From the NCBI GenBank assembly GCA_965247305.1, contig OZ252030.1, positions 3,847,699 to 3,911,698 on the forward strand: a stretch of 64,000 bases of DNA, given 5' to 3'. The translations under genes were made by a program, and so were the position numbers. Below are positions 1 through 9,244 of the stretch, piece by piece; position 1 is the stretch's first letter; each line of letters begins with the position of its first letter. This DNA comes from Bryobacterales bacterium (GTDB lineage Bacteria; Acidobacteriota; Terriglobia; Bryobacterales; UBA6623). Below the pieces are notes generated by a model. That model ran no database searches. It was given only the letters and a program-made list of their open reading frames with translations, and was not told where the DNA came from.

Positions 1-184
1 ACAAAGACGGCGAGATCGCCTGGTCGTCACCGATCTGGGTTAAGTCTCGCTAGCCCGCTCTCACAGGATTTGGGCGGACGATGAGGGCTGAACCGCTGAT
101 CCCGGCTGGAACCTCAAGCAAGTGCGATATTGCAACAGTGATCAGCGCACTCACCGATGTCATCACGCAGAGGAAATCCCACAA

Positions 185-1234
185 ATGAGACTTGGGCCTA
201 TCCCGGAAAGCCCGCTTGAGCGACTCCTACTGGCAACAGGCAAGTTACCCACTCCGTTGGGCGACACGCTGGTTGCGTTGCTGTTGTCGCGCACAGTGAT
301 GACGGCAACTAAGCTTGGCGTTTTTGAGGCGCTAGCCGACGGGGCACGCACCGTTCAGGAGGTGGCGGCGCGTTGCGGGACCAATCCCAGTGCGACCGAG
401 AAGTTAATTCTCGCTCTGACGGGAGCGCGCTATCTGCGCGTGGAAAAAGATCGTTATTCACTCACGTCGGTGGTGAGGAGGTGGCTCCTCAAAGACAGCC
501 CACGGTCCCTGCACGATGCCGTGCTGTTGCGGTATCTTGATGCGGCCCTGATGGAGCACGCCGAGGAGTTCCTCCAAACCGGTGAACCGGTCAATTTTCA
601 CGAAACGATGTCACCGGATCAATGGGACATATACCAACGTGGTCTCCGCGCACACGCGGTCTATGCAGCGCCCGAGGTGGCGCGGCGTATGCCTGTCCCC
701 CCAAGTCCCCGCAGCATGATTGATATTGGTGGAGCACACGGCTACTTCTCGGTTGCGATGTGCCGCCGTCACTCTGGCCTCCACTCCACGATCCTAGAAC
801 TGCCCGAGGCGGTCGCGCATTCAGCGCCAGGATTGGCTCAGGAAGGAATGGGGGATCGCATCTCGTATCGTGAGGGCGATGCTCGGGTAGACGGCCTCGG
901 AACCGACGAGGAAGAATACGACATCGTTTTTATCGCCAATCTGGCGCACCACTTCAACGACAGAACCAACCGTGACCTGGTACGCCGCGCCGCCCGGGTG
1001 CTACGACCGGGAGGTTACTGCGTCATTCTCGAGATCATCCGGTCAGAGCCATCTCGTAAAGCAGAGCAAATCGGCGCCCTGATGGACTTCTACTATGCCG
1101 TCACCAGTGCCTCGGGGACTTGGTCGTTCGACGAGATGGCGGAATGGCAACGTGAGGCCGGCATGGTGGTTCACAAGCCGATCCGCCTGCGGATGTCACC
1201 TGGAGTCGGCATGCAGGCAGCGAGAAAGCGATAG
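185..1234 (+). CDS. SAM-dependent O-methyltransferase (class I; N-terminal dimerisation/winged-helix domain)
   Basis: The ORF runs 122..1234. The likely start is the internal Met at 185, giving an MRLGPIPES N-terminus typical of family-2 O-MTases. It has a DIGGAHGY SAM-binding glycine motif and the family's C-terminal motifs. Confidence 0.75.
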   Translation: MRLGPIPESPLERLLLATGKLPTPLGDTLVALLLSRTVMTATKLGVFEALADGARTVQEVAARCGTNPSATEKLILALTGARYLRVEKDRYSLTSVVRRWLLKDSPRSLHDAVLLRYLDAALMEHAEEFLQTGEPVNFHETMSPDQWDIYQRGLRAHAVYAAPEVARRMPVPPSPRSMIDIGGAHGYFSVAMCRRHSGLHSTILELPEAVAHSAPGLAQEGMGDRISYREGDARVDGLGTDEEEYDIVFIANLAHHFNDRTNRDLVRRAARVLRPGGYCVILEIIRSEPSRKAEQIGALMDFYYAVTSASGTWSFDEMAEWQREAGMVVHKPIRLRMSPGVGMQAARKR

Positions 1235-1600
1235 AACAATCACAATTTTCACAACCCCCGCCAGAGCGCTTTAACGCCTTGTTTAAGGTCCTCCGACCGA
1301 ATTCAGCGTGTTGCCAATTGAGTGGGAAATTAACTCCTATTGGCTATGCGTCGGAAGGTCAAAATGCCGGTTTCGGAACGATTCGGGTGGGTGCCCGGCT
1401 CGGGGCAGAAACCTCAAGCAAGCGCGATCTCGCAACAGTTATCCTCGCCTAAGCGGATTAGCGTCCTGGAACCCCCGATGTCCAGGGCACGAGGGCAGTC
1501 TTCTCCTACCGGTAGTCCCCAGCGGTACAATCCCCCCAGGTCACCCGATATCCGGCCTGAACCGCCAGGCTTGACGCGGGTTCATAAGTAGAGGATATCG

Positions 1601-2227
1601 ATGCATCCGATCCGGACTTGCCTGATTGTATTGGCTGTTGCCACCGTGGCTGCTTCGCAAACAAAGCAGACTCCCGGCGATTCGCCGTTGTTAGCCCAGC
1701 ACTCCTCTGCAATCGCTGACAGCAACGAGCACCTCAAGCATCCGAACTGGCTAGGCCCTTTTGTCCCCACTCCTGCCGCAGTGGTGAACGCCGCCTTAGA
1801 GCTTGCGAAAGTTGGCGAAGACGATCTGGTGTATGACCTAGGCTCCGGTGACGGGCGGATCATTCTGGCGGCAGCCCAGAGATTTCAGGCTAGGTCAGTA
1901 GGGATAGAGTGGAACCCAGCGTTGTGCGAAAAGACCTCTGCGGCCATCCAGCGCCTTGGATTGGAAGGCAGGGTCAGGGTGATACAAGGGGACATTTTTA
2001 ATCAGGACGTAAGCTCGGCTACGGTCGTGACGGGATATCTGCTGCCAAAGTCATGGGAACGGCTCGCGCCCATCTTGGCGAGACAACTCAGAAATGGCGT
2101 CAGGGTCGTCTCAGTGAATTATCCGATTCCAGGCTGGCGCGTTGTCGAGAAGAAACAGCTCAGGGGCGAATCAAAAACTGTTTCTTGGGACCTGTATCTA
2201 TTTCGAGTCGGATTGCTTGCCCTGTAG
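1601..2227 (+). CDS. secreted class I SAM-dependent methyltransferase-like protein
   Basis: N-terminal signal peptide MHPIRTCLIVLAVATVAAS. It carries a DLGSGDGRIIL motif I (GxGxG-type) and an acidic motif II. Confidence 0.6.
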   Translation: MHPIRTCLIVLAVATVAASQTKQTPGDSPLLAQHSSAIADSNEHLKHPNWLGPFVPTPAAVVNAALELAKVGEDDLVYDLGSGDGRIILAAAQRFQARSVGIEWNPALCEKTSAAIQRLGLEGRVRVIQGDIFNQDVSSATVVTGYLLPKSWERLAPILARQLRNGVRVVSVNYPIPGWRVVEKKQLRGESKTVSWDLYLFRVGLLAL

Positions 2228-2336
2228 ATGGCGGAAACAAACGTTGCCTCAAACTCTCCATCAAAAGAACACCAGAATCTCCGCCAAATGGCTCTAACGC
2301 CCTGTTTAAAGGGTTCTGAGCCACTATGGGCGGTTG

Positions 2337-2624
2337 TCAGGTTGGTGTGAAATTATTTATCAACATTTGTGCCTCGGTGGCCTGTTTCAGCCTGCCGCCT
2401 TCCGCGATGGGGTCTAACACCGATATCTCCCGTGCCCATTCCTGGCTCATTCCGATCAACTTTTCCATAAGCAGGTCCTTCTGGAACAGCGGCGAAATTG
2501 GGTAGTCTAATTGCTGAGCGGCGAGCCCCACCAACAAGGCTGATTCGACTGCCGGCACCTCGTATAGTCGTGGTGGCTCGACGGTAAAGAAGTTCTCAGG
2601 ATCTATCGCGACGATATCCGCCAA
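2337..2624 (-). CDS. hypothetical protein (95 aa)
   Basis: Only an ORF of reasonable codon usage. No motif recognised. Confidence 0.3.
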   Translation of the reverse strand: MADIVAIDPENFFTVEPPRLYEVPAVESALLVGLAAQQLDYPISPLFQKDLLMEKLIGMSQEWAREISVLDPIAEGGRLKQATEAQMLINNFTPT

Positions 2625-2685
2625 GACGACTACAGCGTTGCACCGCGCTCTGCGGGCTTTCTCGCGAGGGAAGAACCTGTCCCCG

Positions 2686-3276
2686 CTATTTGTCAGGCTC
2701 CGCTTCTTTCTTCTTCTCGGGAGTCACCAGGTCGGCTGTGTCCCAGCCGCGGTCGATAGCCACGTCGGGCAGCTTGGCTTGCAGCTCCTCGACGCCCGTA
2801 TCGGTCACCTTTGTTTGCCAGACGTAGAGCTTTCGCAGGTTTTCGAGGGTCGCGAGCTTCTTCAGGCCGGCGTCGGTGACGGCGGTCCCGTATAGGTTCA
2901 GATACTTCAGCGTCTTCAGACCGGCAACGACGTTCAGCCCAGCATCGGTTACCTTTGTTCCTTCGAGGTGCAGGTACTCGATCGATTCCGAACCCTTAAG
3001 GGATGCCAATCCCGCGTCGGTGATACCCGTACCGCCCAAATGGACGAGGTATACGCCGGTTAGCTTGGAAACGGGTGCCAGATGCTCGTCCTTCGTGTCT
3101 TCCCCGCTCAGGTGAAAATCAACCTCGACCCGTTCGTCATTCGCCCCAATCTTCCGGACGGAGCCGCCGGATTCTTCGATGGCCTTCGCCGCCTGGTCGT
3201 GAGCCTCGTTGGCCGATAGCGCGCTGCCGCTGAAAGCGGGCATCAACAGCAGCGAGATCAAAATGATGTTCTTCAT
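2686..3276 (-). CDS. secreted leucine-rich-repeat protein
   Basis: Signal peptide MKNIILISLLLMPAFS. It has 5-6 tandem 24-aa repeats of the form L.L.GT.VTDAGL (Planctomycete/Acidobacteria-type LRR). Confidence 0.7.
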   Translation of the reverse strand: MKNIILISLLLMPAFSGSALSANEAHDQAAKAIEESGGSVRKIGANDERVEVDFHLSGEDTKDEHLAPVSKLTGVYLVHLGGTGITDAGLASLKGSESIEYLHLEGTKVTDAGLNVVAGLKTLKYLNLYGTAVTDAGLKKLATLENLRKLYVWQTKVTDTGVEELQAKLPDVAIDRGWDTADLVTPEKKKEAEPDK

Positions 3277-3337
3277 CGATATCCTCCACTGATGGAAGTC
3301 GGATGGCTTCCAGGAATTTCATAGTCAAGAATGTAGC

Positions 3338-3541
3338 ATTAGGGTGATCCAGAGCGGCCGTTGCCTTCGCTTCTTTCAGAAAGCGCGCCTTGGCCTCATC
3401 GTCGTTAAGTAGATACCCGGCTAGAAACTTCAGCGGGACGGTCCGTTCAAGCCTCGTGTCCTCGGCCTTGTACACGACACCCATCCCGCCTTCACCGAGC
3501 TTCTCAGTGATCTTGTAATGGCTGATGGTCTGTCCAACCAA
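3338..3541 (-). pseudogene. 5' remnant (about 68 codons) of a Ser/Thr protein kinase gene
   Basis: MVGQTISHYKITEKLGEGGMGVVYKAEDTRL...ALDHPN is co-linear with the intact kinase at 28996..30888. Similarity stops after DHPN. The rest of the reading frame overlaps the start of the LRR gene in another frame. Confidence 0.65.
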
Positions 3542-3863
3542 GATGGTTCGATTTTACCGCTGAGGCGACTCTGAGCGGAAAGCTGGTGAAAACAAACGAT
3601 GCCACAAACTCCCCATCGAGAGCCCTCCAAAACCCCCGCCAAATGGCTCTAACGCCCCGTTCAAGCGGTCTGGAGCGATGTCAGAGTACCGTCAGCTCGG
3701 CGTGAAAATAATTTAAGAAATCTATCTATCGGACTGCTCGCATGGGCGCCTTCGACGGCCGTCGACGCTTTGACAGGAAGCTCGAGCAAGCGATATTTTC
3801 CGCCACTTTTCAGCCCGATCGCCCTAAGCCTCGTCCCTCTGCTTGCTAGTCCTGCTGACGATC

Positions 3864-5333
3864 CTATTTCCGTTCGTACTTTCCCAGAGTTTCTTCGGTG
3901 AGTACGGGCGGGTGTCGTTTGTCTTGTTGCATCCGCTCGTCAAACTCTCTCGCCAGCTCAGTGAGCCGCTCAACCACCTCGGGATGCTCCGCCGCAACGT
4001 CAGTCGTTTCCCCGATGTCGGCCTCGAGATCGTAGAGCAGGGGCTGCGGCCAACGCCGGTAGTGCCGCTCGAAGAGACCGTCGAGCATCTCATACCACAG
4101 CGAAATCGGCATCGAAGGATAATTGTTGATCTGTAAAAACAACTTCCAGCGGCCTAAGCGGACGGCCTGGAGTTGGTGGCCAAAGTAGTAGAAGAACGGG
4201 CGCTCCTCAAGCTCCTCGGTTTCGCCGCGCAACAGTCCCGCAATGGAGCGGCCATCGATGACGCGGTCTTTCGGCGACTCGACTCCCGCTAGCTCGGCGA
4301 TAGTCGGGAGCAGGTCGAGGATCGAGGCGACTTGGTTCGTTGTGTGCCCCGCCGGGATGGCGCCGGGAAGCCGAAATATAGCGGGAACGCGCATGCCGCC
4401 CTCAAACGTACTTCCCTTGAATCCCAGTAGGGGACCGGCGTCGCCGCTGCCGGCATGAATCCCGAAGCGCGCGACAGGCGCATTCCGAGTGGGGCCGTTG
4501 TCCGACGTGAAGACGACCATCGTCCTCTCGGCAATCGCCAACTCGTCGAGCAGGTCGAGGATCTCTCCCGTACTCCAGTCAATCTCCTCGACCGAGTCGG
4601 CGTAGAGCCCGTGCTCAGAGCGCCCGTGAAATTCTTCCGAAGCGTAGACCGGGTTGTGCGGAAACGTGTGCGGGAGATAGAGGAAGAACGGTCGGTCGCG
4701 GTTCGAGCGAATGAACTCGATCGCGCGTGCCGTATAGCGTTGCGTGAGAGTTTCCTGCACCGGCGGCGCCTCTACGACCTCGTCGTTGTCGAACAGAGGG
4801 ATCTCCCACAGCCCGTGTTGGGCCCGCATCTCTTCGCCGTCGGGCTTCTTGTACATGTCATTGGAATAGGGGAGTCCGAAGAAGAACTCGAAACCTTGAC
4901 GCTGGGCCCGGAAGGGCTTGGGATAGCCCAGGTGCCACTTTCCAATCGCAGCGCTGGCGTAGCCGGCGGGCGCGAGCATCTCGGCGATCGTGATCTCTTC
5001 GGGATCGAGCCCGGTCATCTCGGTCGGGAAGAGCACGTTCGGAACTCCGGCCCGGATTGGATATCGACCCGTGAGGATCGACGAGCGGGAAGGACTGCAG
5101 AAGGGGGCTGCGGCGTAGAAATTGGTGAAGCGAGTTCCCTCGGCCGCCATCCGGTCGAGACGCGGCGTGCGGATCTTCTCCGAGCCGTAGCCACTCAAAT
5201 CGCCGTAGCCGAGGTCGTCGGCGAAGATGACGATGAAGTTCGGCGGAGGGTCCGCGGATGGTTCAGATTGTTGGGCCCCGCAGCCGACGAATACGGCGGA
5301 GGCGAGCGCGAAGTAAAGCGCCAAGCGCGTCAT
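3864..5333 (-). CDS. arylsulfatase (formylglycine-dependent sulfatase family)
   Basis: Signal peptide. It has the CSPSRSSILTGR sulfatase signature (C-x-P-x-R) and sulfatase-fold motifs throughout. Confidence 0.85.
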   Translation of the reverse strand: MTRLALYFALASAVFVGCGAQQSEPSADPPPNFIVIFADDLGYGDLSGYGSEKIRTPRLDRMAAEGTRFTNFYAAAPFCSPSRSSILTGRYPIRAGVPNVLFPTEMTGLDPEEITIAEMLAPAGYASAAIGKWHLGYPKPFRAQRQGFEFFFGLPYSNDMYKKPDGEEMRAQHGLWEIPLFDNDEVVEAPPVQETLTQRYTARAIEFIRSNRDRPFFLYLPHTFPHNPVYASEEFHGRSEHGLYADSVEEIDWSTGEILDLLDELAIAERTMVVFTSDNGPTRNAPVARFGIHAGSGDAGPLLGFKGSTFEGGMRVPAIFRLPGAIPAGHTTNQVASILDLLPTIAELAGVESPKDRVIDGRSIAGLLRGETEELEERPFFYYFGHQLQAVRLGRWKLFLQINNYPSMPISLWYEMLDGLFERHYRRWPQPLLYDLEADIGETTDVAAEHPEVVERLTELAREFDERMQQDKRHPPVLTEETLGKYERK

Positions 5334-5350
5334 CGTAGTTTCTGGCAGGG

Positions 5351-6730
5351 CTATTTACCCTCGCTGATCGTCCAGCCCCAGCCTTTTGGCACTTCGCCGC
5401 CGCCTTTGTAATCAGCACTCGGCTTCAAGGGCGGGAGCGTGGCGACGAATGCACTGTAACGCTCGAGCATACGGTCAACCGCGTCGGGATGGGTCTTCGC
5501 GACGTCGTTCCTTTCTTCCGGATCTTTCTTTAAATCGAACAATCGCCAACCGTCCGGGTTCTTGATGAGACGCCAATTCTTCCAACGAACAGCGTATAAA
5601 TTACGGCGCGGCGCATCCGTAGGGTCGGCGTTGTGCCAGAAGACATACTCATGGACGTCGCCCTCTTTCTTGCCCTTAATGTAAGGCAGCAGGTTCTTCC
5701 CGTCACAGCGCTCGGGTAAGGGCTTTCCGGCAGCCGCGGCTGCCGTAGCGTAGAAATCCAAGGTGCACATCATCCCGTCGTAGGTGACTCCGGCGGGAAC
5801 GACCCCCGGCCACGAGATGATCGTCGGCGTATGCACCCAGCCTTCTAGTTGCGTCCCCTTTCCCTTGCCGCCGCGGTAAGGAGCGGAAGATCCGCCTTCT
5901 GTCAGATTCGCTCCGTTGTCGCCGGTCAAAAAGATGATCGTGTCTTTATCGAGATCGTGTTTCTTTAGCATGGCAAGCAGCTTGCCGACCGCATCGTCCA
6001 CAGCGACGACCGCCCCTTCGTACGCGGTGCCGTCGCCCGCTTCGATGCGGTCCCGATAGTGCTGCGGCGTGTCCTTGACTTTCGAGTGAACGGCGAACGG
6101 CGAGAAATAGAGAAAGAAAGGTTTCTCGGCAGTTCTCTCGGAGTTTCTCTCGACGAATTCCGCCATATAGTCGCCGACCAGATCCGTGAGATAAACCGGC
6201 GAGCCGTCCTCCAACTCGCGGTTGTACTGAAAGCCCGGAGCATGCCGCGCCACTTCCATGAAGCCGCGCTTATGGGGCCCCTGCTCGGACGAACCAATAT
6301 CCCACTTCCCCACTTGACCCGTCACATACCCGGCCTCGCGCATGAACTCGGCCATGGTGGGATGATCATCCGGAATAGGCAGGCCGCGGGCCATCCCCGA
6401 CTTGCCGAACCGTTGCGCATACATTCCAGTCATCAGAGAGCAGCGGCTGGGCGAGCATGGCGGATTGGTGATGTACGACATCGTGCACTTCGCGCCGGCA
6501 GCCGCCAGGGAGTCGAGATGCGGCGTCGGAATTCGCTTGTTCCCGAAACAGCCAAGATCACCAAAGCCCAGATCATCGATGAAGAGTACGACGACATTCG
6601 GTTTCCGCCCCTTATTGTTCTGCGCCGAACCCACGCTTGCGGGCAAGCCAGCGGCAACGGCGGCTGCCCCGGCCGTGTTCAGAAAGTCCCGTCGGGTGTT
6701 TCGATGAGTTGGCATATTTTTTTGCTCCAC
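5351..6730 (-). CDS. sulfatase with Tat-type signal peptide
   Basis: The N-terminus RRDFLNTAGAAAVAAGLPA is Tat-like. It has the CSPSRCSLMTGM sulfatase signature. Confidence 0.85.
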   Translation of the reverse strand: MEQKNMPTHRNTRRDFLNTAGAAAVAAGLPASVGSAQNNKGRKPNVVVLFIDDLGFGDLGCFGNKRIPTPHLDSLAAAGAKCTMSYITNPPCSPSRCSLMTGMYAQRFGKSGMARGLPIPDDHPTMAEFMREAGYVTGQVGKWDIGSSEQGPHKRGFMEVARHAPGFQYNRELEDGSPVYLTDLVGDYMAEFVERNSERTAEKPFFLYFSPFAVHSKVKDTPQHYRDRIEAGDGTAYEGAVVAVDDAVGKLLAMLKKHDLDKDTIIFLTGDNGANLTEGGSSAPYRGGKGKGTQLEGWVHTPTIISWPGVVPAGVTYDGMMCTLDFYATAAAAAGKPLPERCDGKNLLPYIKGKKEGDVHEYVFWHNADPTDAPRRNLYAVRWKNWRLIKNPDGWRLFDLKKDPEERNDVAKTHPDAVDRMLERYSAFVATLPPLKPSADYKGGGEVPKGWGWTISEGK

Positions 6731-6895
6731 GGTCGGGCATTGAATCTCTCAAACCAGAGTCTATGTTACCGGCCTGAGCATATCGGTTGCAGTCAGTGAA
6801 ATGGCTGCGAAGTCGCAAGAGCAAGTTGAACAGCGCGCTTCAACCGGTGATTCAGAAGAATTTGGTGAGTTCCCTGCCTGTCGGTGAAGGGCTAA

Positions 6896-7264
6896 ATGTC
6901 CGGATTTGTCCGGTTTTCTCTAAAAATCTCTAGTCGGGGGCGACTCGCCATACTTACATTTGTATTACGTCAAACATAACAAAGCAGAACGGGGGACTCC
7001 TCGCGTGTCCATACAAGCCGATCTCCTGGCCGCATCATGAGTGCCTCGCTTTGGCCGGATTTGGCAGGGTTTCCTTGAAATTTTTAGCCTACTTGCAGGG
7101 CATTCCGCATCCTCCAGGTATAGTGTAAGGCCCGTGTGTCCGTTTTTCGGCTGACCGTATCGCTAAGTTGCTGATTGCAAAGGCAAAATAAATTTCAAAA
7201 TCGCAGGACGACCGTTCGGGCGGGTTCCGCCTTGACCGTTGCGAGACTCAAACGCCTTGTTTTA
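6896..7264 (+). repeat. R2 interspersed repeat, copy A (about 370 nt, non-coding)
   Basis: About 80% identical over its full length to 25019..25400. It contains two CCGGATTTGGCAGGGTTT-like submotifs and ends in ...gcgagactcaaacgccttgtttta, directly abutting the IS3 end. Confidence 0.8.
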
Positions 7265-7343
7265 TGAACATTGAGATCACGGGAAGCTGCTGTGGAGTGC
7301 ACCCCAAAACTGAGACAGATGAAAGTGGGACAATTTTCAGTGA

Positions 7344-7838
7344 ATGGAAAAGGAGTTCCCGATGAGAGAGAGAAAAGATAGGGTTGCGAGGAAGCAGCGC
7401 TCGTATGAAGTTGAGTTCAAGGAATTGGCGGTAAGCCGCATGCTTCGCGGTGAGAACGTCGTCAAATTGAGCGGTGAGTTGGACGTGCGGCGCAGCGTGT
7501 TGTATCGCTGGCGCGACACCTACCGCGCCGAGGGACGCAGCGGTCTTGAGCGGCGTCAAGGGCGGCCGCGTCCCGGACAAGAGGTTGTGCAATTGGATAG
7601 CGATCCGAGCGCCGATCGCATTGCCGAACTCGAACGCCTAGTCGGTCAACAAGCGGCGGAATTGGATTTTTTCGAACGAGCCTTCAACGCCTTAAAACCG
7701 GCGATGCCGAACCAAGTCGCTCGCAACGCGAGCGGCTCTACAGCGTCATCGACGAAATTCGCGTTGAAGGCCGACTCAGCGTCGAGCGCGCCTGTGCACT
7801 CGGAGAAGTCAGCCGAGCCGGATATTACCGGCAATTAG
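7344..7838 (+). CDS. IS3-family transposase OrfA (HTH/leucine-zipper part)
   Basis: 164 aa with IS3 OrfA-like HTH and a coiled region. The orfB frame is open from 7601. A candidate -1 slippery heptamer T_TTT_TTC lies at 7667..7673. Confidence 0.85.
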   Translation: MEKEFPMRERKDRVARKQRSYEVEFKELAVSRMLRGENVVKLSGELDVRRSVLYRWRDTYRAEGRSGLERRQGRPRPGQEVVQLDSDPSADRIAELERLVGQQAAELDFFERAFNALKPAMPNQVARNASGSTASSTKFALKADSASSAPVHSEKSAEPDITGN

Positions 7839-7870
7839 AGCGAGACAAGCCTGTCGAATCCAACCTGGAA

Positions 7871-8629
7871 GTGCGTGACCGTATGCAACGCATTACGCTC
7901 GCAAATCGCCGCTACGGCTATCGTCGAGTGACCGCCGAACTGCGTAGGCAGGGCTTTACGGTGAACCACAAGAAGGTCTTGCGGCTGATGCGCAACGACA
8001 ATCTGCTGGCGATACGCAAGCGCCGCTACGTATTGACGACGGACTCGGATCAGCACCGCGCGATCTACCCAAACTGGGCCAAAAACCTGCAGATCGACGG
8101 TCTCGATCAGCTCTGGCAGGCCGCCATCAGCTACGTGCGCATGCGCCGTTCGTTCGTCTACTTGGCGGTCGTGATGGACTCGTATTCCCGGCGCGTGGTG
8201 GGCTGGGAATTGGGGCCTTCCCTCGAGGCCATATTGGCAGTGAACGCGCTGCGCAAAGCGATCGAGTTTCGCTGTCCGAAGCCGGGGCTGGTGCATCATT
8301 CCGATCAAGGCACGCAATATACCTCGCGGGCTTATGTCAGTCTGCTGGAAGAAAACGGCGCGTTGATCTCGATGAGCCGGCGAGGAAACCCGTACGACAA
8401 GGCGCGCATGGAAAGTTTTATGAAGACGCTCAAAAGCGAGGAGGTGAACCTACAGACGTATCAATCGATGGACGAGGCGAGAGCTTCGATCGAGGAGTTT
8501 ATCGACGCGGTGTACAACCAAAAGCGCCTGCATTCGGCGCTGGGATATCGGCCTCCGCAGGAGTTCGAGCAGTTGTTGCCAGCGAGCGAAGAGCTCAGAA
8601 ATCCGCAGTTTGAGTTTTCTGAGGCATGA
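7871..8629 (+). CDS. IS3-family transposase OrfB (DDE integrase core)
   Basis: HSDQGTQYTS and RRGNPYDKARMESF motifs of the rve DDE domain. The -1 frame relative to orfA is open back to 7601, which points to an OrfAB fusion by frameshifting. Confidence 0.85.
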   Translation: MRDRMQRITLANRRYGYRRVTAELRRQGFTVNHKKVLRLMRNDNLLAIRKRRYVLTTDSDQHRAIYPNWAKNLQIDGLDQLWQAAISYVRMRRSFVYLAVVMDSYSRRVVGWELGPSLEAILAVNALRKAIEFRCPKPGLVHHSDQGTQYTSRAYVSLLEENGALISMSRRGNPYDKARMESFMKTLKSEEVNLQTYQSMDEARASIEEFIDAVYNQKRLHSALGYRPPQEFEQLLPASEELRNPQFEFSEA

Positions 8630-9123
8630 GGAAATCTATCGAGACAGTGGTCGCACTCGGGACGGGAGAATATCCCGCCCCGAGCGCTCATCGTCTCGCT
8701 GAGTTTCCAGCCGGGTATTGCTTGGCGGGTTGCTCTCCAGCATTGCCCGCCTCCGCTTTCCCGGCCGTTTTCAAGTGTGCGGCACGTTCGCCGAAAAGGC
8801 TATACTTTTTCAGCGAACGGCAACTGTCCCATTTTTAAGCTGTCTCAGCTTAGGGGTGCATGCCAGAGTGTCCCCGATCTTCCTCAGCTGTCAAGGCGAC
8901 ATTTCTATTCGGCCTTGACAAGTAGTGCGAAAACCCTTGCATCGCGGCCGGGGACCGGCTATCCTGTCCCTGCCAGGAGGGCAAAAAGGAAATCTTGGTT
9001 ATTGCCGAGTTTGAGAATCCGTCGGCTCGCTCGTCACATCTGGGTCGACGTCAGCTATCATTTTCGCCAACAATCATCCACACAAGCCCGAGCCGCCCCG
9101 CCCCCACCTGGAAGGAACAAGCC

Positions 9124-9244
9124 ATGAACCGCATAACGACTGCCACATCAGGAATACCGATCAAGGACTTCGCCAGCATGGCTGCGGCCATCCAGAAGGT
9201 CGAGTTCCGACCAATCGAGCTTGCCGCAGCGTTTCGGGACGCTA
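9124..9244 (+). other. displaced 5' end (41 codons) of the large repeat-protein gene, cut off by the IS630 insertion
   Basis: ATG at 9124 preceded by GGAAGGA. This frame joins in phase across the TA target site to the sequence upstream of the 10448 ATG with no stop (see finding). Confidence 0.6.

Larger units (their letters stand above)
7265..8893 (+). mobile_element. IS3-family insertion sequence, copy A (orfA/orfB)
   Basis: Ends are 5'-TGAAC...TGTCA-3'. The imperfect roughly 40-bp IRs include TGCACCCCAAAACTGAGACAG at the left and its complement at the right (8840..8860). The typical IS3 two-ORF arrangement is present, with orfB in the -1 frame. Confidence 0.85.

Noticed and set aside
4455-5411. 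Long antisense ORFs inside real genes (4455..5411(+) in the sulfatase, 6059..6799(+) in the second sulfatase, 10909..11472(-) and others in the repeat-protein gene, 43614..44282(+) over secA/IS)
   Set aside because: Shadow ORFs expected in high-GC DNA. Their translations are Arg/Ala-rich without domains, and each is fully covered by a well-supported gene on the other strand.
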